A stretch of DNA of 37,461 bases. Origin: Phoronis australis (Eukaryota > Animalia > Phoronida). The notes beneath the pieces are model-generated. The model saw nothing but the letters and a program-made list of their open reading frames with translations. It was not told the DNA's origin and searched no databases. A program made the position numbers and the translations under genes. The stretch is from contig NMRA01000062.1 in NCBI GenBank assembly GCA_002633005.1, positions 1,120,952 through 1,158,412 of the forward strand. Reading direction: 5' to 3'. Numbering within the stretch: the first letter of the stretch is position 1; every line of letters begins with the position of its first letter. This document shows, one piece after another, positions 22,445 through 34,612 of the stretch.

Positions 22445-22813
22445 ATAGTGGTTTTCAACATAAACCCGACAGTATTCGAGAGGATTATATCGGACCGCCA
22501 AACTTGGACGTGCTTCTCCCTATAGATATTTGGCAGTTTAGTCATTTTTTTCCTGTATAGTAGCATTTATCGTGTATGTATTGCTCATTTGTGAATGTGC
22601 TTTTAAAGTATACTCAGTTTTCCCGACAAAGCTCTATTGTATTATTACGGTTTTAGAACAGCGTCGAACTGTGGGGACACATGAGCTAAACGCGAGCAAT
22701 ACTTTAAGTTACATGTAGCTTAAAGAATAATTCGGCATTGTCTATGATGACTGCTTTGTGTTTTGTAAAGGAATAAAGCAACACTCTTCATTCAGACGCA
22801 TCGGTTTTTACAG

Positions 22814-22990
22814 GACTGAATTGTGGTACACCTGAAGTGGGTTCTGGTTCTGTTGCGAACGCGAGTGATAACTTGTTTGAAGACATCGCAACTTATGTAT
22901 GCCACATTGGATACGAATACTTCAGTGGTGACAGAAATCGAACATGCAAGGCTGATAAAACATGGTCAGGAGAACCTTTGTCATGTAAAA
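22814..22990 (+). CDS. Mucin exon: Sushi/CCP domain 2
   Basis: tttacag| LNCGTPEVG...ATYVCHIGY...RTCKADKTWSGEPLSCK |gtaagc; 177 bp, phase 1-1. Confidence 0.93.
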
Positions 22991-24218
22991 GTAAGCATTT
23001 CTATTGTGTTATTTCTTCACTTAGCTTGAACAATGGACACTCACAATTTTTGATTTTTGTTTGTTCGAATCACAATCTTGAGCACATATTTCTATTTGCT
23101 CAACATGATATTTGCACTTAATTTGTGCCTGCTCAATGTTTCGCTTATTATTCAGTTTCGCCAATGCCGTTCTCTAACTCGATTTCGTTTCCAAATGTTC
23201 CACAATAACACCAGCAAAACACATGCCAAAGAAACCGTCAGCAGGAAGTCGCACGCGCACTTCGTAAAGAGTAGGCGAGTGTAATAGTATCGATAGGGAA
23301 GATGTAGATCACAATTTTTTGGAATATCTACAATGTTGTGAATTGGCCCAATCTAATTTGTAAGGTTTTACTAAAGAAGTGAAAAGCAGGAACAGTATGC
23401 AGTCCGTTCTCAGTTTAAGTCAACTTCGACCTATGTCGACTAAACAACATCGATAACACCCTTAACCTGTGACTTCTTTAATTCATACATGTATACTCCT
23501 GATCTTTGCTTAAACAGGTTATGCTGATAAATGTTTCCGTATTCCTTTAAATAGCCTGGCCAACGTTGAAATTCGACAAGCTTTCTACGACATTATATCC
23601 ATCTCCTTTCCAATAGAATAGGCCTACATTTCAAGTCTGACTGAATCTCGACAAAATTTCTACGTGTATTTCTCCACCCACGTTGTTGAAATCGCAAAAA
23701 CTCACTTGGCGAATCCATTATACAAACGCAATAACGTCATCTTAAACTCCGACATATGTTCGACAAAAACTTTATTTTATTGCGACAATACTGTTCGATG
23801 AGACTGCCAGGAAATTCTGTCAAGAATTCAGTTAATTTGACAAAGTCTGGCAGAGTTCTGGCAAAGCCAGTCTAGTTTAAATTTGGCCATACACTCCCAA
23901 AATTTAGTCATGTCAGTCGTAGCAAAATAGTAACATAATGACATCATGCCGCTATTTATATACTTCAATGTCTTTCAAGGTTTTCTGATATGACTTTTAA
24001 TTGTTCTTCATAAATTGTTGTGTGGAGGGAAAGAACATTTTTTACTAGACTTCAGTCATCTTTCATGAAACAGAGCCCTGAAGCAAGTGCGCAAGATGGC
24101 CTTTGTGTTTTGAATGTTGGAGAACCTGAAGTGTGATGAAAACGAAGGCCCAATTAGCGAAACAGGAGATAACGAGCCTTGAGTGACACTTCCAAAGTTA
24201 TATTCATGTTTTATTCAG

Positions 24219-24395
24219 AGATCAGCTGCGGCCCACCAGCTACCGACAACCATTCCATAGTTATGTCACCAACAAATCTATACGGAGACAGAGCGGTCTA
24301 CACATGTTCTCAAGGATACGAACGGTCTGGTGGTGATATTATTAGGACGTGTGGTGCGGATCGTTTTTGGTCCGGAACTCCTCTTACCTGTAAAG
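24219..24395 (+). CDS. Mucin exon: Sushi/CCP domain 3 (GC donor)
   Basis: ttattcag| ISCGPP...YGDRAVYTCSQGY...RTCGADRFWSGTPLTCK |gcaagt; 177 bp, phase 1-1. Confidence 0.9.
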
Positions 24396-24972
24396 GCAAG
24401 TATAATATAGTGCCAGTAATATACGGTACACACTACCATAAATGTGGTACAAATTCCGTGGCTATAGCCGTTATTTAAAACTTTAAGCATGCACCCCACA
24501 TTAGTCTTCGTACAACAGCGGCGAAAAAGAACCGGTGCTGCGATTGACAATTTTAGAGAACAGGGCCAGGTTTGGGTTCCTAAATTCCATACATTCGAAA
24601 GAAACCTGAAACCTCGTTTAATGGTGCCGAAATATAAAGTTAAATCGTGTAATTAAACATTCTAGCTTGGCCGTCCTTTCATTTTTGTGACGCTCGTTTT
24701 GCTACTCTATACTTATATGTGGTTTTGAACTTTTACTTGTCAAACATTTGCCTTTGATCCTCATGTTTTGGTGTATGCGTGGTCTCGCTAAAGGCGCAAG
24801 GACTCGCTCCCTACTAAGGAAGCGTGCTGTGCAATTTCTTATATTTTTACCAGACTCTCAGCTCACTAATGTCAGGAATATTTCTGTCAAAATTTCCCTT
24901 CCTTAAAGTAAAAGTCAAAATTATTTGAATATGCTTAACATTTTGAAGATCAAACTACGTTCCTATTTTCAG

Positions 24973-25092
24973 AAATAGACGAATGCGCAACAGACATTGC
25001 CCCATGTCTAAACGGTGGCAAGTGTGTTGATTTGTTCTTGGCCTACAGGTGCAACTGTGCTTTAGGATTCGCTGGAACAAACTGTCAACAGT
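24973..25092 (+). CDS. Mucin exon: calcium-binding EGF domain
   Basis: ttttcag| EIDECATDIAPCLNGGKCVDLFLAYRCNCALGFAGTNCQQ |gtacgt; too short to appear in the ORF track. Confidence 0.93.
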
Positions 25093-25372
25093 GTACGTAC
25101 ATATACTTACCAATCATTGTAAACAACGAATCATTTCGTAAACCCATAATAGCAACATAATATGTAGTATTTTAGCAAACATTGTAAACGTAAAATTTTC
25201 CTTGCGCAAGTTATGAATTATCACGTTGTGCTTTCTTGTGAAGGGGAGTATAATTTCTAAATATTGATTGGTGCCACAATACTCACCACAATACTCGGTG
25301 TTGCAATTACTCGGCAAATGCAGCTCTATTCTATCACTCCACGTCCTCTCCTTTTCATTTTTAAGCCAGCTG

Positions 25373-25515
25373 CCTCGCGACTAGAAAAATCTAGCCAGAG
25401 TCACGTGTTCTCGTTTAAAATTCACTACAATATCTCACGTACATGTAACTTCGCGAAGTTTTAATTTTCTAGCGAGGTCTTAGCGTAGGTCCCAGGGTTA
25501 CTGAACTCAACCCAG
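25373..25515. mobile_element. Second copy of the 20164-20316 MITE
   Basis: Shared core. The end tagcgtaggtcccagggttactga is the approximate reverse complement of tcagtaacgctatgacctacgcta at 20175. Confidence 0.65.
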
Positions 25516-25656
25516 TTCTTAATTTTAATGTTAGTTTGATCTGCAATTACATCTGACATCTGACATGTAATTGAGTGCAAAGACTGTGCAGTTCGCTACA
25601 GCGTCTTGCACATTTGTTGCAGCGATTTGAAACCATTTACGTTGTGCCCTTTTCAG

Positions 25657-25796
25657 TCATTGGTCCACGGGGAAACCTGTACGGTGTAGATACGAGAGAG
25701 GAAACAACATTCGGCTCCTCGAGATGGATTACCCTGCGGAAATTGCGATACGTTGGAGGCTTCAATATGTTTGCCACCTCTCACTTTCAGATTCAG
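25657..25796 (+). CDS. Mucin exon: pre-NIDO segment
   Basis: ccttttcag| FIGPRGNLYG...GGFNMFATSHFQIQ |gtaatc; phase 1-0, compatible with both neighbouring exons. Confidence 0.75.
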
Positions 25797-26459
25797 GTAA
25801 TCAATCAACTAGCCAAATGTGACGGGATATTAGTTACTGTAGTACGGTTATTTTTACGCTTGTATTTGTTGCATCTTAGGGCGCTGTATAGCCTTTTTAC
25901 GTGGGCCATGCGGGCGAGACTATATGTGTCTGGCACTCTGCTATTGACAGGCTTCGCAGAATGGTTTATTTTCTTTCCCTGGTCTGCGAAATTGAGCGTA
26001 TGCCATGTATTACTGAACTGTACAGAGTATGCCTTTTTGGTGTTCACTGTGTTTAACAAATTTAAATACTATTGAGAGACCTCTGGTGGGTTAACCTGGC
26101 AGCAACTTACCTTGCCACACTCCGCCAACACGATGGAGGTAATAAAAAGCAGTCCTCCTTTTACAATCAGAATACGTTGCTAGCAGACGTTTGCTTACTG
26201 AAACAGGACATTGGTGGGCTAAGCGTAGCACGTGACCATAGAAATGCTTATGTTTGCGGTTATACAGCTGTGACCCTTGTTTCACGAGCGTCGTCATGTT
26301 AGTGTCGACCTCTCGTTGATATGTTGCATAGGTTCATTTAGTATGCGTCTGACAAATTAGTAAGAAGCGTTAAGCCGTTGTGCTCCAAACGCATGCGCAA
26401 CTTAGAAGCTTAGAACAATAATTGCACCTTAAGACATGTATTGTTATATGTGTACGTAG

Positions 26460-26765
26460 GTAAAACGGGACGGAGTAATAGGTCTCAGCAATCGCATTGG
26501 TGGTGGCATCCCATGGAATTTCAAGACACAACGTAAAACATTTTTGGCCCCATTTTGGCGAAAGCAAAGAAGGGATAGAACTGCATCAATGTCCTATCTT
26601 GAAATCTCCCGATACGTGGATACCACAGAATATCACAAACAGGTTCTGGCGAACGCTACACGAGATGTCAGGATTAACTTTGACTTCGCAGACTTCAACG
26701 CCAATTGGGTTTTGCTCGTAACATGGAACAACATGAAGGAACGTCCATGCAGATTATATTGCCAG
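26460..26765 (+). CDS. Mucin exon: NIDO region part 1
   Basis: gtag| VKRDGVIGL...FLAPFW...FNANWVLLVTWNNM...CQ |gtttgt; APFW and W.L.VTW motifs. Confidence 0.88.
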
Positions 26766-27093
26766 GTTTGTGTCGTTAATTTGTGGATACGTATATAAGC
26801 TTTTGTGATTATATGTTTCACCATTTACCAATTCCTCCGATAAGTTTGTGAAATTACAGAAATGATTGCACGTCTTCTTTTGCTTGTAAATAAGCACAAC
26901 CGTACTGATACTTGCGGGTATTCTTAAAAACTAATAGGAGCTAAGAAATATCCATTTCCTTTGATACACATTCATGGTATACGTAAATAGGTGTGGTATG
27001 TAATCTTGTTAATAAACGATGTATTCTACAAAGGCAAGGTGCTTCTACGTACGGGCGACCTCGTATTCAACTCCTGCATGATCGTTCTTTCAG

Positions 27094-27313
27094 AGATACA
27101 CTTACCAGGCGGTGCTTGTGACGAACGGTCTCATGTCGTTCGTAATATACAACTATGACGAGATAATTCGTTATTCAGGACGAGGAAGTGTTTATGCCGG
27201 ATACAGGGACTTCCGGTCAGGGGAAACCCTTGAAGCACCGTCGTATTCTGGCACTTATTTCATGTACTATATCAACGAATTACCAGGGAATCTTAAGACA
27301 ACCTCCAATACAG
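27094..27313 (+). CDS. Mucin exon: NIDO region part 2
   Basis: ctttcag| RYTYQAVLVTNGLMSFVIYNY...YAGY...TSNT |gtgaga. Confidence 0.92.
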
Positions 27314-27998
27314 GTGAGAATAGCTGCAGTCAGGTAATTCGCCTCACTTTAATAATGGCATTTGGTATACAAGTATTTTACCATTGCATCTATATTTTAA
27401 GCTGTACCTATAACTGGATTTATCTGCATGAGTGCTCGTGAAGTAACAAATAAAAATCAGGGAGCAGTCGTTTGAAATACATGTAGTATTTGACTGGCGG
27501 CGTAGTTCGTTATGACAAACAATGTGGCGTTTTTATTTTCCAAGGCCAACAGGAGTCACGGAAGCTCGAAAAATGTCGACAGTGCTGAACGAAGCATTGT
27601 TTCAAATTCTCCAGTGATTTTCTCTGAATTTTGTTTGCCAATGAATAAATTGTGTTCTACATTGCCATGTCTCACGACTCGATGTCTGACGTGTCCTTGT
27701 CGCTCTAAGTTCGTCAATAACGGGTGCATCCAAGTAGTCATGATATCAATCAGGTGATGTTAAACTGTGGCTGCAAGATATAATGGCTTCAGTAATTTTG
27801 AGAATAACTCATTTGATGGACAAGTCGGCGCAATTCACTTCAAGACACAGTCTGTAAATCGCTGCTTACTATTCCTTGTAAGTCCAGACAATTTTTATTC
27901 TCGGCAGGATAACGAGTCCAAGCGTAACTGGCATTCCATCTACTTTCAAATTTATAGGTGAACTGGCTTCGAAATGTGTGAACAAAATATCGGTAATC

Positions 27999-28243
27999 CA
28001 TGCGCGCACCCAGGGCGGGGGGCACGGGGACCTCATTGGCGAAGTGGGTAAAAAGGTCCGCCTTAGGGAAACAAAAAGTCAGAGAAAACGAGACAAAAGT
28101 CCACTAAAAAGGCGCAGACGCACAGTTCACAGACCTGAAGGTGGTACCCCGTTTTTTTAGTCCTCCCGCTTTTTTGTTAGCCAAACGTAGACTTTGTCAG
28201 AGATTCGAGCCCCCTCCCATATTAAAGGCTGGGTGCGCCCACG
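27999..28243 (+). mobile_element. ~245-bp MITE with short GC-rich TIRs (relative at 4833-5024)
   Basis: catgcgcgcacccag ... ctgggtgcgcccacg; flanks taatc / taatg form a near-TSD. Confidence 0.75.
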
Positions 28244-28436
28244 TAATGCATTTGGCTTCACGATGCACAAGGCTTTTAAATATCACGAATCTTTGTGAAT
28301 CTAAACACTCCCCGATTTCATCATAAACATTGGCACTATACATGTACATTGGATGGAGAACAAATTAGTCTTGCGATCACTCAGCTCGCCTCCGTCGACC
28401 CCAAAAAATATAATAATATGGCTTCTTGTTTATCAG

Positions 28437-28675
28437 TCACTGATGGCAAATGGATCTACCGCCTTGACCAAACAGCGGAAGACTTTGACAATAACCGAGA
28501 CAAATGTTTGACTTGGGCGGAAAATACTGTGACGGTTGCTCGTCCAAGGTTTGAAGACTGCCCACTTGATGAGCGGCAAGTCCGAAGAGGACGATTTCGT
28601 TTCATTGCCGATGAAGACTTGAGGCAAACTAACTGCTATTATACCAGGTTTCCTTTGAGACGACAGTTTGGCTTC
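28437..28675 (+). CDS. Mucin exon: NIDO end / AMOP start
   Basis: tatcag| VTDGKWIYRLD...DKCLTW...DCPLDERQV...NCYY...FGF |gtaagt. Confidence 0.88.
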
Positions 28676-29264
28676 GTAAGTATCACCAACATGCGTATTA
28701 GACGCCTGTTTGATTAGCTGATCTGCATAATAAATTTACAACGTAATCTTTGTAAACCATCGTAGAACCTGAACCGTGTGTCCCCACGGTGGAAATAGGA
28801 CTGCTTGATGGTGTAATATAATAACGCCGGTGCAGAAAATACTGCTGTTCAGTATCGTTTCGCCGCTGACGATTTACATGCGATATCTTGTAAGTTACCG
28901 AGATGACTGTAAGATTTGGAAATTTTGCTTTCCCATCCTGCCAACTCCCATTATGGTCCGGAATCTGTGAATTCAATCCCATTAAACAGTAATTCAGTCT
29001 CGGCGGCCAAGTACTTAAGTGGCCGTCATTTTGCTGGGATAGTCTAGAAAGCGTATTCACAAAAACGTCGCTTTTCAGTCTCGTGATTTTGCGATGTCTT
29101 ACAACATGTTGTTTTTCTCTAGTTCTACGGAATGTTCTGTAGGTGAATTTGGTATAGTTGAGAGTGAATTTAATAAAACTGGCCTTAAGTATTGACGACA
29201 GAGGATAGTTTTTTTCTTATGTTTGATAGCTTACTTAAGTTTAATGATGAAACTCTGTTTATAG

Positions 29265-29487
29265 TCATGCTGCTATGACTCCTTCGGAGCTTTAGTGACC
29301 AATCCTCCAAACGCGGGTTTCGTGTCAAGATACCATAAGTACTGGTGGCGAACCAAGAAGAACTACAAAAGAGAAGATCTTAAACCTTTCGAATGGTGCT
29401 GCGGAAACGAAAATATCGAAACATGTGACCTGTTTCATCAGAGACGACCCATTTTGGACGGTTTCAATTTCTTACCTCCAAGATTAG
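29265..29487 (+). CDS. Mucin exon: AMOP domain
   Basis: tttatag| SCCYDSFGALV...EDLKPFEWCC...CDLFHQRRP...LPPRL |gtaact. Confidence 0.92.
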
Positions 29488-31827
29488 GTAACTTGAAATC
29501 TCTTTGTTATGGGATGTATCAGCATTTTAGAACATTCTTTAATAATATGCACACGTAAAAACACAATTTACATTATTTAGTTCAACTAACGACATATACA
29601 AATGTGTGTTCAATGCCTACATTCACGCATCACATTCATACTGCTCGGGTTGCTGGTAACATTACGACACAAAAGCATAAAAGCGCATGTGCCTTCCACA
29701 AACCGGTCCATTTGATCATTTTTAGTGTAAATATTTTTTTCTAAATTTTAGCACTTCTTACGTTATTTCTTGTGCGTTTCAATCGATGATCTTGCATTAT
29801 TAACCCTTTTTTGTATGTACATGTATGGCACGTGGCTAATATTGAGGTTGAATTACAAATGGTGACAATCCTCATGTGCTAATATTATTGTAGTTTTTCA
29901 TCTAACATCACATTCTCATTATCTGGAAAACACTGCCTACCTACACTGGTTCAAAACTACCTAATAACAGGGGAGTTAACTTAAAAATATGATTCTAAAC
30001 TTTCACTACAAAATGTACACTCTGGGGACTGAGAGGTCTAAACCTTATAAACTGGTAAGAGTCTTTTATATCTATACGGTGAATTACCCAAAGTTGGTGC
30101 CATCGGACTTTAAAACATCTTGAAACACTGGTGTTATTTGATAGTATTGCCCTCCGTCACACGTCGATCTTGTCTAACTGCTCTCTCGGTACCGGGCTCA
30201 CAACTAGACTAGCTATGAGTCAGTCATAGAAACAGCGCCCTCAATTCTTATTTTATAATTTATTTTGATGAAAAAATATGATATTGCTATATCAGTCTTA
30301 GCTTAGGCATATGCTGAAATGTGTATTTGATCCCCAGAAATGTTGAGATCATAAGACACAATGGAAATTTATTGAAAAAAAGACTCGTAACCAATGACGT
30401 TGTCATCAGTGCCTGCTGAGTCGTAAACAGGCCTGACACGTGTCATCCTGCTGTTTCATACACATTTGCTTATAGTTATATTCAATTTCGATTAACGATT
30501 TATACCTCGTCAAACTAGGTCGCAAGCTGGTCGCATAGATATCGGTAGATTGGCGCATTCATTGTTCACTTTGTTTTTCTTTGTTATAATAACGATAATG
30601 GCAAAGATTTATCTGTAACCGGCTGATGTGCGTCCATGGTACGATATCTATGCGACCTGTATTGTTATATCCAGTAAAGACGCAACAAAGGAAAACAATG
30701 GTAGTGACCCACGCGACGCGGTTACCTCCGTCCCATGAATGTCGCAGGTTAAACAATACCTTGCGAGGTGCATACGTCATTTGACATGGGCGCGACGTTG
30801 AGTGTGGTTGATTCACAGGTGAATCGCAATCTGAGAAGACCTTTTTAAAATATTTTTAGAATCGATGAATGAAAACATCCTTCCAAAATGTATTTTTAAT
30901 TCTGAATGCTGACATACCAAAGCAGGCTCGCCAAAATAGGACATGTACAAGAAGCCTCGGTCGAACATCGTGTCAACAAACCAAACACAGTTCCATCTCT
31001 GGTTGGTGACCATTCCGATCCATGCCAGTTCCGTTGCCTTAGTATACAAGCCCATGAGTATAATTCCGTAATCACCTTTACATCAGTCTTGCACAAAATG
31101 CTGTAGGTGCGCGTAGTACTCTAAAAACATTTGGTACTCACTAAGCTTGACAATGAGATCAAGTAATTTCAAAGTCATTAAAGACGTTACAGCGAGTGCA
31201 ATGTAGTTAACTTAACTGGCAGAGAACAAAGATGCGTCGACGCGTAATATCCAACCGCGGACAGCTATCATCTGGCAGATTTTGACCTGTTTCAATACAA
31301 TCCTCACTCCATCTGTAGACAAACATTCCTGCATGGGTACCTCTATAGTTTTAGGTGTCTATGGGTTTTGTGCTTGAGCAGGATCACGGCCCTGTACAGT
31401 ATTTAACCGGTGTCTTTCTTCTTGTTGGCCCGTTGGTTTCCATAAAACCCCTTACCTACATGTGCATGCACAGCTGCAAGACGAGATCACACTTTAAACG
31501 TAGACTTGAATCTTCAGCATTGTGTTTTGCGTGGCTTTAAAGCATACGCCATCGAGACATTATATTCTCCTTTGCGTGTGCATAATTTTATTCGCTCGGG
31601 ATATTGGCTATAATTGTTAACGGTCCCTGAACATGATGCTGAGGGATTTTAGTAGACACTTTTAGAAATCACGTTCTTCAATGCGACAGGTTCAAGGTTA
31701 CCACTATCAAAACTCTTAGTCCTCCAGTACTTATTTACCTCGGCGAACAAAATGAAGGGCAGATTGTGTTTGCACTGACCAGGTGTATTGTTAAAATTGG
31801 GAATGAATTTTACTCCTCCATTGGCAG

Positions 31828-32052
31828 GTTTCGGTCGCGGTGACCCCCACGTGTGTACGCTTGACGGCCATTGCTACACATTTAACGGTCTTGGCCAGTA
31901 TGACCTAATCGTTGAGAAAGGAGGTTCTGGCTTTCGACTTCAGGGTCGCACGGCGAAGATTGGTAACGCTAGTGCTACAGTGTTCTCGGCGTTTTCTGTC
32001 AAAGAAACCGACTCTGACCAGGTCCACTTGGAGCTAACACCAGATAGAACTG
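31828..32052 (+). CDS. Mucin exon: VWD domain start with GDPH motif (31839-31850)
   Basis: ggcag| GFGRGDPHVCTLDGHCYTFNGLGQY...LQGRT...ATVFSAF |gtaaca. Confidence 0.94.
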
Positions 32053-32344
32053 GTAACATGATTACGAGTTGTTTGAATATAGGCATACGACAACAACGAT
32101 ACCTGTCGTGATAATGCTGTCACTTTGACTAAATCCGATGCTCACTAGTTAGGGAACTGCCACGTGTCGAATTGAAATAATCTTCCCCTAGAACTCACTA
32201 TATTGAATGTATGTCATGTTCTTGAATGATTTGGACTTGTACTACCCGACACGTATAATAATTGAATTCGCGTCTCTTTTGTACCGAATAAATGTATTAT
32301 ACTGTGACTTCTTGAACTTTTGCAATGCCACATTGTTTTTGTAG

Positions 32345-32458
32345 GTGTTGATGTGTTCGTTGACAATGCAAAGCAAACAGGGTTACTTGAGGGCACAGAA
32401 TTTGCTGGTTTAGCCATTACAAAAACTAATACATCGGCCATTGTGACATTATGGTCAG
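32345..32458 (+). CDS. Mucin exon: VWD middle
   Basis: tttgtag| GVDVFVDNAKQTGLLEGTEFAGLAITKTNTSAIVTLWS |gtaagg; phase 1-1, open frame. Confidence 0.85.
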
Positions 32459-32702
32459 GTAAGGGTACAATTTTAGTCTAAGTCCTTCATAGGTACATAG
32501 GTTACAACCTAAAAGGAGACCCGTTTGACTTCATGTCTAGATACTTATGAAGATTGCCTGATTTTGACTCCCGTTAAAGTTAACATCGCTCTACTTTATT
32601 TATGATGTTTGAGGATTATAAATATTGACTCTTATTTCTAGTATATTCATTGAAGTATATTAATACTTGAGACCAAAACAATCCAGTTGTATATGCTTCC
32701 AG

Positions 32703-32897
32703 GTTTCACAGTCACAATTCAGGCAACGGCTGGAATGTTGAGTTTCTCTGTGGAATCTCCAACAACCGCACTGAACTTAACAAGTGGCTTAATGGGGAAT
32801 ATGAACAGTGACACAAGTGACGATTTTTCATATAGAAATGGGACTGCCGTCAGCGCCAACTCCACAGAACGGGAAAAATTTTACATGGGACAATCAT
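32703..32897 (+). CDS. Mucin exon: VWD C-terminal part
   Basis: ttccag| GFTVTI...TSGLMGNMNSDTSDDF...NGT...GQS |gtaagt. Confidence 0.92.
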
Positions 32898-32992
32898 GTA
32901 AGTACATTTGGAATAGATCCAAGTCGTCACTAAGAACTTCCAAGTTTAAAAGCTGTTCTGTAGTTACTGAGTTTTCATTTTGCTACTGATAG

Positions 32993-33229
32993 GGATGGTC
33001 GTTGGTGCTGGTAACTTCATGTACAAGTCTGGAGAAACACCCGAAACGTTCAACCACGCCAGTTTTGTGCCACTCTTTCTGGACGAACTGACAATAACCG
33101 ACGAAATGAGAACCACTTGTGGCGCAAACGTGGAGTGTCTGTTCGATTATGCCGCTACAGGTGACAAGAGTCTTTCACTGGCAACGAAGCAAACAGTGGA
33201 AGAAGACGAACAACTAGAAAAAGAGTCAG
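32993..33229 (+). CDS. Mucin exon: post-VWD Cys-containing helical segment
   Basis: gatag| W(M)...FVPLF...CGANVECLFDYAATGD...AT |gtacta; the splice restores GQSW. Confidence 0.9.
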
Positions 33230-33440
33230 GTACTATAATAGACATCGTATTACTTGTCTCTGCTGGAATTCTCGACATAATTTTTAATTATTAGGATAAT
33301 ATCATGATTATTGTACTTACTGGTGAATGTACTACAGGTAATGTAACCGATGTTGATATACCTTTAATACTGACACTACGCCTGCTTCTACGTCTACCAC
33401 CATCACCACCACTGCTACTACAATTACTTCACTACCTCTA

Positions 33441-33548
33441 TTATTAGTTATTACTAGCTTTTACTAGTTGTTACTAGTTATTATTAGTTAGTGCTAGTTA
33501 TTACTAGTTGTTACTAGTTATTACTAGTTGTTACTAGTTATTACTAGT
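33441..33548. repeat. 10-bp tandem repeat (TTACTAGTTR), ~11 copies
   Basis: Directly visible in the sequence; intronic. Confidence 0.95.
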
Positions 33549-33564
33549 ACGACGAGTACTTACA

Positions 33565-33568
33565 CTGC

Positions 33569-33601
<33 letters not shown>

Positions 33602-33608
33602 TGCTGCA

Positions 33609-33649
<41 letters not shown>
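33565..33649. repeat. (CTG)n microsatellite, ~28 units with two interruptions, within a wider degenerate CTA/CTG tract (~33370-33950)
   Basis: Directly visible in the sequence; intronic. Confidence 0.97.
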
Positions 33650-33651
<2 letters not shown>

Positions 33652-34064
33652 CTAATACTACTCCGACTGCTGTTATCATTATTGCGCCGTCTACTGTTGC
33701 CGCTGTTGCTACTACATTTACTGACTCTATCCTGGAAAACACGGCAATTTGTACAATATTATCTACTAGTATTAGTGCTATGCACAGATTACTGCTACCA
33801 CTAATGTTGCTACCACGTTTATAAATACTACGAATACCATTGCCACTGCTACAGCACTTAATATTTCCACTACTTCCGCTACTAATTGACATTAAACATT
33901 ACCTCCATCACTACCAGCTGCTAACTACATCTATGACAACCGGCGACTACCGATTATGATAATAATTAGCAGCAGTTCTTTCCCTTTTTACTTACATGAA
34001 AAACTTTTTTATTTTAACAGAATATATGTGGTAAATAAGCGAGCTCATTACTCGATACTTTCAG

Positions 34065-34284
34065 TTCAACTCCCTCCTGTTCTATCGGGAACAACGTATC
34101 TCACTGCCACCATTGGCGCGACAGTTTCCTTCAGTCTGTCTGCTTTTGATGCAAATGGTGATAACATCACATTGCGAGCTATTGGTTTGCCGAGTGATCT
34201 TAATTTTGAGTCCGTATCAGGCGCCAAGCAGATCAACATTACGAAAGAATGGACACCGTCGGTTTTGGAGAATTCGAGACTAAT
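34065..34284 (+). CDS. Mucin exon: Ig/cadherin-like beta-sandwich segment
   Basis: ctttcag| VQLPPVLSG...SLSAFDANGDNITL...EWTPS...RL |gtgagt; phase 1-2. Confidence 0.85.
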
Positions 34285-34612
34285 GTGAGTTAATTTACCG
34301 TCATTTGTGTTAAAAAGCGTTATCAGTTGGGATTTATTGTCTTCAACAGACATACATTATGACAGACTGCCTGAAAGGCAAATTATTTATCAAATTACTA
34401 AACCAAGACCAATATTCATCAATTTTTTCCTTTTGCTAGGGTTGGCCAACCTTTAAAGATTTGTTACTATCATATAAAGAATTATTGGGACAGGTTGTTC
34501 AACCACTAAGTATTCTACGTGGCTCTATTTTTGAGACCGTAACTAGGAAAGCAATGCCCCAATTGGCCACGATTCATCTATGAATATAACTCAGCTGTGT
34601 TTCTTCTTTCAG

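Noticed and set aside
25797-26075. Hydrophobic tail of ORF 25575..26075 as a transmembrane segment
   Set aside because: It lies downstream of the CAG|GTAATC donor at 25796 and is intron read-through.
30559-31540. Cluster of 60-85-aa ORFs in the AMOP-VWD intron
   Set aside because: No recognisable motifs, and exons 29487 and 31828 join directly in phase.
33528-33892. Poly-alanine ORFs on both strands
   Set aside because: They are translations of an intronic CTG/CAG microsatellite; the flanking exons join in phase without it.
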